Assembly: GCF_963921235.1 (NCBI RefSeq)
Contig: NC_086097.1
Location: 165,728,001 to 165,792,000, forward strand
Direction of reading: 5' to 3'
Length of the DNA: 64,000 nucleotides
DNA from: Mobula hypostoma
Taxonomy: Eukaryota
Within the stretch, counting starts at the first letter, position 1. The number at the start of each line of letters is the position of its first letter. The translations under genes were made by a program, and so were the position numbers. The notes under the pieces are model-generated. The model was not told where the DNA came from and searched no databases. It worked only from the letters and a program-made list of their open reading frames with translations. Below are positions 1 through 11,131 of this stretch, one piece after another.

Positions 1-2680
1 GACAGCAAGCAAGGAGTACTGGAATATTTAGGTCAAGAGGTAAGAATAAGATAGATGAGGAACTCAGCAGCTGATGAACTTTAATAGCAAGAGTAAAAGG
101 AAGTTGATGGCAGTTATATACAGGGCTCCCAACAGTGGCTGGGAGGTGGACCACAGATTTCAACAGGAAATAGAAAAGGCAAGTCAAAAGGGCAATGTTA
201 TGGTAGTCAGGGGAGATTTTAATATGCAGGTTGATTGAGGAAAATCAGGTTGGGAATGGATCTCAAGAGAGTGAGTTTGTTGAATGCCTAAGCGATAACT
301 TTTTAGAGCAGTTTGTCGTTGAGCCTACTGGGGGATCAGCTGTACTGGATTGAGTGTTGTGTAATGAACCAGAGGCGATTAGGGAGCTTAAGGTAAAAGA
401 ACCCTTAGGAACCAGTGATCGCAATATGATTGTTTCGAACTTGAAATTTGATAGGGAGAATGTAAAGTCTGATGTAGCAGTATTTCAGTGGAGTAAAGGA
501 AATTACAGTGGTATGGAAAGAAGTTGGCCAACGTAAACTGGAAGGAGATGCTGGCAGGGATGACAGCAGAGCAGCAATGGCGTGCGTTTCTGGGAAAATT
601 GAGGAAGGTGCTGGACATGTGTATTCCAAAAATGAAGAAGTACTCAAATAGTAAAATAGTACAACTGTGGCTGACAAGGAAAGTCAAAGCTTTTGTAAAA
701 GCAAAAGAAAGAGCAAAAATTAGTGGGAAGATAGAAGACTGGGAAGTTTTTAAAAACCTACAGACAGCAGCTAAAAAAAAAATCATTAGAAGGGAAAGAT
801 GAAATATGAAAGCAAGCTAGCAAATACCAAAGTGGATAGTAAAAGTCTTTTTCCAAGTATATTAAAAATAAAAGAGAAGTGAGAATGGATATAGGACTGC
901 TAGAAAATGAAGCAGGAGAAATAATAATGGGGGACAACGAGATGGCTGCTGAACTAAATGAGTATTTTGCGTCAGTCTTCACTGCGGAAGACACTAGCAG
1001 TATGCCTGATGTTGTCGTGTGTGAAGGAAGAGAAGTGGGTGCGATTACTGGTACAAGTGAGAAGGTGCTCAAAAAGCTGAATGACCTAAAGGCAAGTCAC
1101 CCGGACCAAAGGATCTGCATCCTAGGGTCTGAAAGAGGTGGCGTTTGAGATTGTGGTGGTATTAGAAATGATCTTTCAAAAATAATTGGATTGTGGCCTG
1201 GTGCCAGAGGACTGGAAAATTGCAAATGTTACTCCACTCTTTAAGAAAGGAGGAAGGCAGCAGAAAAGAAATTATAGACCAGTTGGCTTGACCTCAGTGG
1301 TTGGGAAGATGTTGGAGTCAATTGTTAAGGATGAGGTGATGGAGTATTTGGTCACACAGGAAAAGTTAGTACCAAGTCAGCATGGTTTCCTTCAGGAAAA
1401 ACCCCGCCTGACGAATCTGTTGGAATTTTTTGAGAACATTGCAAGTAGGATAGATAAAGGGGATGCAACAGATGTTGTATATTTGGACTTTCAGAAGGCC
1501 TTTTACAAGGCGCCACACATGAGGCTGACTTGCCAAGTTCAGAGCCCATGGCATTACAGGAAAGTTACTAACATGGTTAGAGGATTGGCTGATTGGTAGG
1601 AGACAGTGAGTGAGTGGGGAAAAAAAGGATCCTTTTCTAGTTGGCTGCCAGTGACTAGTTGTGTTCCGCGGGGGTCGGTGTTGGGACCACTTCTTTTTAT
1701 GCTGTATATAAATGATTTAGATGATAGAATAGATGGCTTTGTTGCCATGTTTGCAGATGTTACGAAGACTTGTGGAGGGGCAGGTAGTGTTGAGGAAACA
1801 AGTAATATGTAGAAGGACTTAGACAAATTAGGAGAATGGGCAAGAAAGTGGCAAATGAAATACAATGTTGGAAAATGAATGGTCATGCACTTTGGTAGTA
1901 GAAATAAATGTGCGGTCTATTTTCTAAACGGGGAGAAAATCCAGGAATCTGAGATGCAGAAGGACTTGGGAGTCCTTGTGCAGTACACCCTACAGGTTAT
2001 CTTGCAGGTTGAGTCGGTGGTGAGGAAGGCAAATGCAATGTTAGCATTCATTTCAAGAGGTCTAGGATACAAGAGCAAGGATATATTGCTGAAGCTTTAT
2101 AAGGCACTGGTGAGGCCTCACCTTGAGTATTGTGAACAGTTTTGGGCCCCTCATCTTAGAAAAGATGTGCTGGCATTGGAGAGGGTCCAGAGAAGGTTCA
2201 CAAGGATGATTCTAGGAATGAAAGGGTTATCATACGAGGAACGTTTGATGGGTCTGGGTCTGTACTCGCTGGAATTCTGAAGGATGAGGAGGGATCTCAT
2301 TGAAACCTTTCGAATGTTGATTGGCCTAGACAGAGTAAATGTGGAAAGGACGCTTCCCATGGTGGGAGATTCTAGGACAAGAGGGCACTGCCTCAGGATA
2401 GAGGGGCATCCATTCAAATAGATGCGGAGAAATATCTTTAGCCAAAGGGTGGCGAATTTGTGGAATTTGTTACCACATGCAGCTGTGGAGGCCAGGTTGT
2501 TGGTGTATTTAAGACAGAGATGATAAGTTCTTGATTGGACATGGCATCAAAGGTTATGGGGAGAAGGCTGAGAACTGGGATTGAGGAGGAGAGAAAAAAG
2601 GATCAGCCATGATTGAATGGCGGAGCAGATTTGATGGGCCAGATGGGCTAATTCTGCTCCTATATCTTATGGTCTTATTG
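1..2680 (+). mobile_element. CR1-clade LINE, decayed ORF2 (end of endonuclease, RT) and 3' tail; runs off the window start
   Basis: ORF fragments VPEDWKIANVTPLFKKG, VVYLDFQKAF, VPRGSVLGPLLFMLYINDL, MFADVTK, LYKALVRPHLEYC; frameshifts and stops; cttatggtcttat tail. Confidence 0.93.
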
Positions 2681-3001
2681 TCTAATAGGGAAGACATTAC
2701 TAAAACAGATGCATGCAACCTCAGCGATTGGAATTGTTATTGGTCCAACACTGATCTGTATTAAATGCTCCTCCAAGATTGTGAACGGTCTGCCTCAGCA
2801 CAACATTGCCAGGGAGATGATGGAATAAGGAACAGGGGACAGTGGAGGACCAAACACAATAGATTTGGTCTTCCCAGTTTTCAGTTAGAAGTTGTTTTTC
2901 GTTTCCTATGTATCTGACAAGCAAAGTTGGAAGTCAGAACAAGACTAACGTTGCGGGAATGAGTAAAGTATCATCAAAGTACATGTGGAATCTGAAATGT
3001 A

Positions 3002-3617
3002 TGTAACGGTCTTTGCCCCACTGACCCCCGTTGCCTAGGGTGAATAGCCGTTGATCCCGCCAAACAGTGCAATTGCTTTGGTGCGGATAAGGTGTGAGTC
3101 GCCCAATGATCAGCTACGACACAAATATGAAACAATATACAAAGTGCGAGTAAAGAATTATACCTTATAGCAAATTTTTGGTGATGGGTTAGTAGAAAGA
3201 ACTACAAGAAAAGGCACCACATAAGTAACTTATCAGTCTTGTGCACATAATATTTTAGTACGTTGGAGCTCACGCCTCCGATTCCATCCACAACATCCTT
3301 CCGAGACTCCGGCCACCCTCCGAACCCCCGAGGTCCGGTATCTGCCGCTCTGGAACCACCGTCCGTTCCTCACACGTCTGTCCTCTCTGTTCGCCTCCCG
3401 AAAAAGCCCGCGCTCCTCAACTCAGCACACATATACAAGATAACAGAACATGACTTCCATTGGCTAACAAATGAATACAATTTCTATCATCACACTGTAT
3501 AACCCAAACATTGCAGTTACAGAGAACCCCTTGCTCAGCAGTTAACATTACGAGAAGCCATTTTGGTAATAAGCGATCAACAATTAACAGTCCATCTTGT
3601 ATACTGAGAGCCCTACG
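3002..3617. mobile_element. Probable solo LTR (Gypsy-type)
   Basis: Starts TGTAACGG and ends CCCTACG (ACA>ACG). 4-bp duplication TGTA at 2998-3001 and 3618-3621; CpG-richer than its flanks. Confidence 0.55.
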
Positions 3618-4019
3618 TGTAGTTCAATTATATTGCCACAAGACAGTTGAGGTCTGGGGGTGGTTGGATGTACAAGATTAGGATACTGATGAAACAGAAG
3701 AAAGAATATCAAGTTGCATTCTTTACTAATATGCCTGTACTCATCATAGTAAAAGGTGGCTTCCATGAGTTCTGTTTATCTTGTACTATTACCTGCACGC
3801 ATAGTTGTGTGTGCCCAGTTTTATGGTCACTGCCTCCTTATTCCGGATTATAAAGGTGACCAGAATACCTTTTCTAACCAAAGGCCACCAAGTAAACAAG
3901 CCAGAAGTACAGAGGCTGAAATATCCTGGTTGAATTTATTTCAAGGTTGTGTTAAAACACCAATGAGGACAGGAAGTGCTGGAAACTCTCTTTTAAGTTG
4001 AGAGAGAAATGATTTAAAA

Positions 4020-4260
4020 GGGATCTGAGGGGCAACTCTTTCACACAAAGTGTAGTGCATTTATGGAACAAGCTGTCAGAGAAAGTAGTTGAGGCAGGAA
4101 CATTAACATTTTAAATATATTTGGATAAGTAGGTTAGGAAAGGTTTAGAACGAAATGGGCCAAACGCGGGCAAATGGCACTAGTTTAGCTGGGCACCTTG
4201 GTCGGCATGGACTAGTTGGGCCAAAAGGCCAATTTCTGTGCTGTACTACTCTGACTCTAT
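4020..4260 (+). mobile_element. CR1 3'-end fragment
   Basis: gatctgaggggcaactctttcacacaaag…gggccaaaaggcc…tgtgctgtac…ctctgactctat, a typical CR1 3' terminus. Confidence 0.7.
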
Positions 4261-5436
4261 CACTCAGCAGGCCAGGAAGCATCGGTGGAAAGAGAAACAG
4301 TTAATGTTTCAGGTCCAGGACCTTTCATCCAATGAAATAGCAATTGTTTCTCTTTCCACAGATGGTATCGAACTTACTAAGTGCTTCCAGCACTTTCTGT
4401 TTTTCTTTCAGATTTCCAGCATCTGCAGCTTATTTGATTTTTATTTATGTTAAAAACGAAAACCAAAATGATGACAATCAACAGTAATAGGTAACAGTAA
4501 TCAACAGGTCCATTTAGTTTTAAGTCAACAATTTTCTATGTTAATTGATGGCAGATGTAAAACTGCAAAGTAGAATTCAAAACACACGCACAGTCCCTGA
4601 AATATGTGGAAGGTGGAACCCTGTCAATATCAAATCAACTAATATTGACTGAATGAATTTGCCTGAATTTTCATCCACAATATATGAAACTGTATTGGAT
4701 TCCATCTTCTTGTCAATCTAGTGGTTATATTTTCTGTGAGTTTTGTTTCTTCTTCATATTTAAAGGAAATTCCATGTCTTCAGTAATAATCAGCCAAATC
4801 TTAAAAACATAGCTGATTTTCAGACAGTTGGTGTTATTCGACACTCTGCCAAAAAAATCCATGAATCACTTTGTATTTTTACATGGGTGAGCGAGAGTGT
4901 TAGAGTACATATAAAACATAGACTTCGTCTGTGTTTTTTGGATGAACTGTGGACATCAGCGTCAGTTGTGAAATGTGGTCTTTTATAATATGCTTTCTGT
5001 GTTTTCACTGTCTGGGATTTCAAACGCTGCCGGAATCTGCTGGAAGACAACTGCCTTTTTGAAGGGTTTAATATTTGTCGAGTAATCTGCAGAGTGGTGG
5101 GGTGAATTGTAGTGCTATTTTCAGTTCACAAGACTCAAAGTCAAAGTGGAGTTGCAATGAAAACCTTATTTGCAGCAGCATGACAGGCCTATAAACAACT
5201 TTTACCAAGATCTTAAATAAACATAATACTAATCTATACTGTTTAGTCTTGTGCCGGCTAAATGGTTGAAGGAAAGTAGCTAGTCTGAGCAACACTCAGA
5301 AAATGGTGAAGGAGCTCAACAAGTCAGTCAGAATCTAAGGAGGGGAATAAACAGCTGACTTTTTGGGCCAAGACCCTTCATCAAGGCAGGAAAGGAAGGG
5401 GGTAATCAGCAAGAACCTAGCGGTGTAGGACTTTAA

Positions 5437-6555
5437 CAGACATCCCACCTCTCCCGGAACTTCCGGGAGTCTCCCGCATATTAATAGTGGCTCCCTGATG
5501 CCCGCAAATTATACACAATGTCCCGGAAATCAATTACTTGAGAGCGAGCGAGAGAAAAGCAAGAGAGAGCGCGAGAGAGAAAGCAAGAGAGAGCACGCCA
5601 GCGAGAGCGAAGGCGAACGAGAGCGCGAGAGAGAGCGGGCAAGGGAGAGCGAAAGCAAGTGAGAGAGCGGGCAAGGGAGAGCGAAAGCAAGTGAGAGAGC
5701 GGGCAAGGGAGAGCGAAAGCAAGTGAGAGAGCAGGCGAGAGGGAGCGAAAGCAAGTGAGAGCGAGCGAGAGAGAGCGAAAGCAAGTGAGAGAGCGAGAGA
5801 GTGGGCAAGGGAGAGCGAAAGCAAGTGAGAGAGCGGGCAAGGGAGAGCGAAAGCAAGTGAGAGAGTGGGCGAGAGAGAGCGAAAGCAAGTGAGAGAGTGG
5901 GTGAGAGAGAGCGAAAGCAAGTGAGAGAGCGAAAGCAAGTGAGAGAGCGAGCGAGAGAGAGTGGGCAAGGGAGAGCGAAAGCAAGTGAGAGAGCGGGTGA
6001 GAGAGCAAGCAAGCGAGAGTGAGAGCGCGCGAGCGACCACGAGAGAGAGAGCACGAGTGAGAGAGAGCGGGCAAGGGAGAGCGAAAGCAAGTGAGAGAGC
6101 GAGCGAGAGAGAGCGGGCAAGGGAGAGCGAAAGCAAGTGAGAGAGCAGGCAAGGGAGAGCGAAAGCAAGTGAGAGTGCTTGAGAGCGCGCAAGCGACCAC
6201 GAGAGAGAGAGCGCGCCATTGTAGAGTGTTCCAGAAAAATATAAAACGTACGTCACCCCAGACTACCCTAAAGTGTACCCCTGTCTAATAGGGGTCAAAA
6301 TAATGACAGTATTGCTCGCTGCACTGTTTGCAACAGTGACTTTTCTATTGCCCATGGTGGGGTAAGGCTGTAAAAGACATGTTGAGGTGAGTTTAACAGG
6401 TGTCATTTGTTCATTAGCGTAGCTAACGTTATTTAAACTAGCTGGCTAGCTGCTAAGGAGCTACTGTATTGCAGACATCCCACCTCTCCCGGAAGTCCCC
6501 CGCAAATTGATGGTGCTACCTCCCTGAAATGAGTTTTTGCAGGGTGGGATGTCCG
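5437..6555. mobile_element. Non-autonomous hAT-like DNA transposon (MITE) carrying an expanded GA-rich repeat
   Basis: Terminal inverted repeats CAGACATCCCACC…GGTGGGATGTCCG. Flanks ctttaa(c) / ctttagac resemble a degenerate 8-bp TSD. Confidence 0.7.
5539..6213. repeat. Purine-rich minisatellite, ~32-bp unit GAGAGAGCGGGCAAGGGAGAGCGAAAGCAAGT with shorter variants
   Basis: Directly visible tandem units; it produces the spurious Leu/Ser/Ala-rich ORFs at 5481-6256. Confidence 0.95.
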
Positions 6556-7329
6556 CTTTAGACTTCCATGCCTCCCGTCTGACCTGGATAGTGGGGACCT
6601 TTGATGGGTGTCAGCTGTTTACTTGCGGCCACACTTCCTGTAGATATTAATGATGGGGAGGGTTGTCCTGTGATGTTTTGGTTGAGTCTGCTACCAGAGC
6701 TGTGAGTGGTCAACTCTGGTCCAGTGATTAATTGTTTCAACTTAAACTTCAGGGAAGAATTTTGTTATGACAGGATTTTCACTGGTGGAAATTTGGACTC
6801 AAAACCAGTGCTGCCAGCATATCACACAAAATGCTGGAGGAACTCAGCAGTTCAGGCAACATCTCTGGGGAGAAATAAACAGTTGACATTCCAGCCCAAG
6901 ACCTTTCATCAGGACTCGTTCCATAGATGTGGCCAGACTGCTGAGTTCCACCAGCATCTTGCATGTGTTGCTCAAGATTTCCAGTATCTTCAGAACCTCC
7001 TGTGCCTCTGTCAGCATATCACGCCAAAAGCAAATTCTGAGCTTCTCTATAATCACACAATAGTTTCACAGCTAATTTTATCCAAAGTGTACATGTGGGA
7101 AAATCCTGGAAGCTCAAATGACCACGTTAGAGCCTTTGTGAGTGAGGCACATCTTTTGGCAGAATCAGTTGAGACTCGCAGAGCCTTGAAATAAAAATGG
7201 GAATTGTGGAAAATACTCAGCAGGTCAGGTAATGCTTCATGTTGATGGTTTTAATATAACTGGGACAAATCAGAGGTTAAGGAAGGACTTACATTATACC
7301 AGCTTGGACAACTTGGAGAGAACTTGAAC

Positions 7330-7932
7330 TTGCAGTTTCAAGTTCCTGGGTGTGAACATCTCTGAGGATCTATCCTGGACCCAACATTGAAGCAAAGAAA
7401 GCCTGACAGTGGCTATATTTCATTTAGAGTTTGAGGAGAATTGGAATGTCACAAATTTCTATAGCTGTACTATGGAGAGCATTCTAACTAGTTGCATCAC
7501 CATCTGGTATCGAGGGGCCACTGCACAGGATCAGAAAAAGCTGCAGAAAGTTATAAATTTAGGCAGATCCTTCATGGGCACTAGCCTCCCCAGCATCCAG
7601 GACACCTTCAAAAGCTGATGCCTCAAAAAAAAAGGCATCCATCATTAAGGACCCCCATCCCCTCGGGACAGGTCCCATTCTCATTGCTACCATCGCGGAG
7701 GTGGTACAGGAGCCTAAAGACAAATAGTCGACGTTTCAGGAGCAGCTTCTTCCCTCCACCATCAGATTTCTTCAGCATTTTTTCCTTTTCTCTTTTGTAC
7801 TAATTATTTTGTTTTTATGTATACTTAAAGTAATTTATAATTTTTATTACTAGGTATTGCAATGTACCGCTGCTGCAAAACAACAAATTTCACGACATAC
7901 GCTGATGACATTAAACCTGATTCTGATTCTGA
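7330..7932 (+). mobile_element. Rex1/Babar-type LINE 3' fragment
   Basis: FYSCTMESILTSCITIWY…KKLQKVI peptide; ends in ctgattctgattctga tail. Confidence 0.75.
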
Positions 7933-8079
7933 ACAATTCTCACAGAGGTTCTGTGTGAAGAAGAGTTTAGTGCAGTGGGGAAATTGTGCAAACCACCACA
8001 TGATGACCTATGACTAGGGTATCAGAGTTGCTGATTCTGACCGAGATAATACTGATTTAAAAAAAATAATAGATTGAGA

Positions 8080-8830
8080 GCTCAGTCAATGAGAGAGGGT
8101 CAGCATCTTTAAATTTTTCAGTGTTATCATTTCAGAAGATCTGTCCTGGGTTCAGCAGATCCTTATTACAAAAAAAAACAGCGGCGCCTCTACTTTCTTA
8201 GAAGTTTGTGAAGATTCAGCATCTCATCTAGAACTTTGACAAATGTCTATAGATGTCTGGTGGAGAGTATATTGACTGATTGCATCACAGCCTGGTATGG
8301 AAACACCAGTTCCCTTGAATGGAAAAGCCTACAAAGAGTAGTGGATACAGCCCAGTCCATCATGGGTAAAACCCTCCCCACCATTGAGCACATCTACATG
8401 GAGAGCTGTCACAGGAAAACACCATTCATCATCAAGGATCGCCACCATCTAGGTCATGTTCTTTTCTCACTTCACAAGAAGGTGCAGGAGCCTCAGGACT
8501 CACCACCACCAGGTTCAAGAACAGCAATTACCCCTCAACCATTAGGCTGTTGAACCAGAGGCGATAACTTTACTCAACTTCACTTGAACCATCACTGAAC
8601 TGTTCCCACAACCTACAGACTCAACTTTTTTTATTATTATAATTATTCTTTCTTTTTTTCTCCTCTTTATTTTTGTATTTGCCCAGTTTGTTGTTTTTTT
8701 TTTACATTGGCTATTGTCCATTTGTTGGTTGCGGTCTTTCATTGATTGTGTTGTGTTTCTTGTATTTACTGTGATTGCCCTCAAGAAAATTAATCTCAGA
8801 TGACATATATATATTTTGAACATAAAACCC
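8080..8830 (+). mobile_element. Rex1/Babar-type LINE 3' fragment
   Basis: VYRCLVESILTDCITAWYGN…LQRVVDTAQSIMG peptide plus a T-rich 3' UTR. Confidence 0.75.
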
Positions 8831-9208
8831 AGGAAAGCCTGGGTTATTTTGCTCATGTTACAATTAGGACGGGCTGCACCAGAAAGTAACTGATTCTCTC
8901 TCTTTGCTCTTTGCTTTCATGTTTACATGAAACCATGCACTTTAGCAACACCAGTACCAGTCCAGATGAAGGGTCTAACCCCAAAATGTCACCTGTCCAT
9001 CTCCCTTCACGGATGCTGCCTGGCAAGCTGAATTCCTCCAACAGTTTGTTTGTTACCACAGTACCATATCCTGGTAATGCAGACACCTGCTACCAGTATA
9101 AGCTGTGGGTCGGTCTGTCTTCCAGTACGGTAATGGTCAGCTTCATCAGTGTTCACTTCCCTTTTCCCTCTCAGACATTTTTTTCATTCTGTGTAGTGGG
9201 CAAATTGG

Positions 9209-9803
9209 TTCTTTAAGTTTGTATAGCCAAGGGTAGCAATGAGGACAAACTCTCACTACGTATTAAATGCTCCCAATGGCCTGTGTCTGAAATAGCAGGC
9301 ACCTCTAAAAACCAAGTCCAACTCCTGGCCTTCACGTGTGACTTAGCTACTTAGCCTGGCTGAACCGTTTCTACTGACAGGCGAAGGGGCAAAGGTAGGC
9401 TACTGGTGTCTTGAAACCAGTCGCTCTGGGCAGATGGGGCTGGTTGGCAGTGATGGCAGCTGCTCTAGGAGAAGGAAAACTCTGGTCTCAAACTTCCGCT
9501 GCCTTACAGCTATACCCACTCATGGGGAGGGCTTCGGGAGTAAACCTTGAGGGAAAAATTCGGAGCTAGAATCCCTAAGGCAGTCCTACGGTGAGTTCAA
9601 CATGAACTGACAACTCCTGTAACACTGCTGGTACCAAATTGTATAGGTCTCTGCCGTTCCTTTGGGTTCATCAGATGCATGGAGAGAGGGAGCTTGCTGC
9701 ATGGGCAACAGCTTGCTGTCCGTATCGTACTGCCCAGGCTTGCGTATCTAGACAGCTAGGACCCAACATCCGTGGTTGACTCTGACCGATGCTGGCCTCA
9801 CTC
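9209..9803 (+). mobile_element. Complete ~595-bp non-coding retroposon (RTE-like non-autonomous element)
   Basis: Perfect 14-bp TSD AGTGGGCAAATTGG at 9195-9208 and 9804-9817; short CTCA-repeat 3' end. Resemblance to RTE 5'-UTR sequence is from recall. Confidence 0.7.
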
Positions 9804-11059
9804 AGTGGGCAAATTGGCCCAGAAGGGTCACTCTTCTCACCACCACTGTTTTTTGCAGCATCACCTCAACCACTGTACAGGACAGGGTGAGGGGCTTTTC
9901 ACCTGAATGTGGGACATAGGCATTACTGGTGAGCAGCTATCAATGCTCATGAAAAGATGACTGTAAAATTCCACCATAAATTGCTGTAGTTGGTTGATGA
10001 AGTTACATCCACCCTGTTGGGTAGGAAGTTCTGTGATTTAGACCGTTGGATTGTTTCAGTTCCTCTGTGGTATATTTGTTCCAGGCAAGAATTTGCAACA
10101 CATCTCATTGAGCATATCAGTTAGTACACCATCAAACAACAGGAATTCTGGAAATGCTGCATGTTCCTTTTATTCAATAGATGGGCACAACTTCCACTTC
10201 TGGGAGGAATATGGTTCAACAGAGTTGAGGAATTTACATTGTCAGCAGAAATCTATGACATCATTGACCAACAGTTTCATTGGAATTTCAGATCAGAGTT
10301 CAGCTTTCAGTTTGGAGTTAGAAGTTGATGATCTGCATCTGGTTTACAAAAGCACAGTGAATGTCATTCCTCCACATGCTGAGTTTCAGTGATCGAGTCA
10401 AGGCCTCAAAATGTATAATTTTCTTGCAGTTCTTTGATGCCATGTTCTGCTTTGACAAGAGGCAGTCATGCTTGATATTTTGTTCTGGATTAATAGATTA
10501 TACAGGTCTGAAACGGACCCTTCACCCTACCATGTCCAAGCTGATATTTTTGTCCATCTATACTAATCTCATTTGCCCATATTGGAACAGTATTCTTTTG
10601 TGCATCTTTCAGCGGCATCGTTATCAAGCATGTTTCAATTCGAGGCTGTGATGATGCCTAGACTAGTATAAATAACCGATTATCAGTGGTAAATGCATTT
10701 TGATAGTAATACAACAGCATCTAAATGTTTGACTGAATTGAACTGCTGTGGTGATTTTTGTGGATTGGGCGCACCCAGGGAGTATTTTAATGATCTTTAA
10801 CCGTGTTGGTCAATTGGCTCTTGCCATGGGAAGACGCAGTGCTTTCTTGCACTGCATCTGGGCATAAAATATATGCAAACAAGGTAAGTGAGTTCAATTT
10901 GCCTAATTTTATATCTATTTGTTAGTCAGTGAACCTCTAGGTTTTCAGCTGTATAAGTATGTGTATAAAACTAGTTGGCCTTTAGGAATACTGTTATAAA
11001 TTAACAAGTTGTGATTTGGTAAATACATGTTTAATTCTCTGCCTTTTCTTTCCCACTAG

Positions 11060-11131
11060 TTCCATTCGCTGGCTCCAATGTATTACCGTGGATCGGCTGC
11101 AGCTGTTATAGTTTACGATATCACCAATGAG
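11060..11131 (+). CDS. RAB31: RAB31 internal coding exon (72 nt, phase 0/0): [24 protein letters not shown]
   Basis: Acceptor ttttctttcccactag and donor GAG|gtaaaa. The translation matches the Rab5/22 subfamily switch II-beta4 region; FHSL and AAAVIV fit RAB31 rather than RAB22A (FRAL, AAAIIV) as I recall them. Confidence 0.95.

Noticed and set aside
5539..6213. Regularly recurring GAGAGCGAAAGCAAGT units resembling a CRISPR array
   Set aside because: The spacers are themselves repeats, there are no cas genes, and the context is a vertebrate intron.
5481..6256. Three overlapping 229-240 aa ORFs on the minus strand
   Set aside because: They are translations of the GA-rich minisatellite, open only because the repeat lacks stop codons.
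1..11059. Upstream RAB31 exons encoding G1-G3 (GDTGVGKS, WDTAGQER)
   Set aside because: Not found by eye in the window; they probably lie upstream, so I do not claim they are lost.
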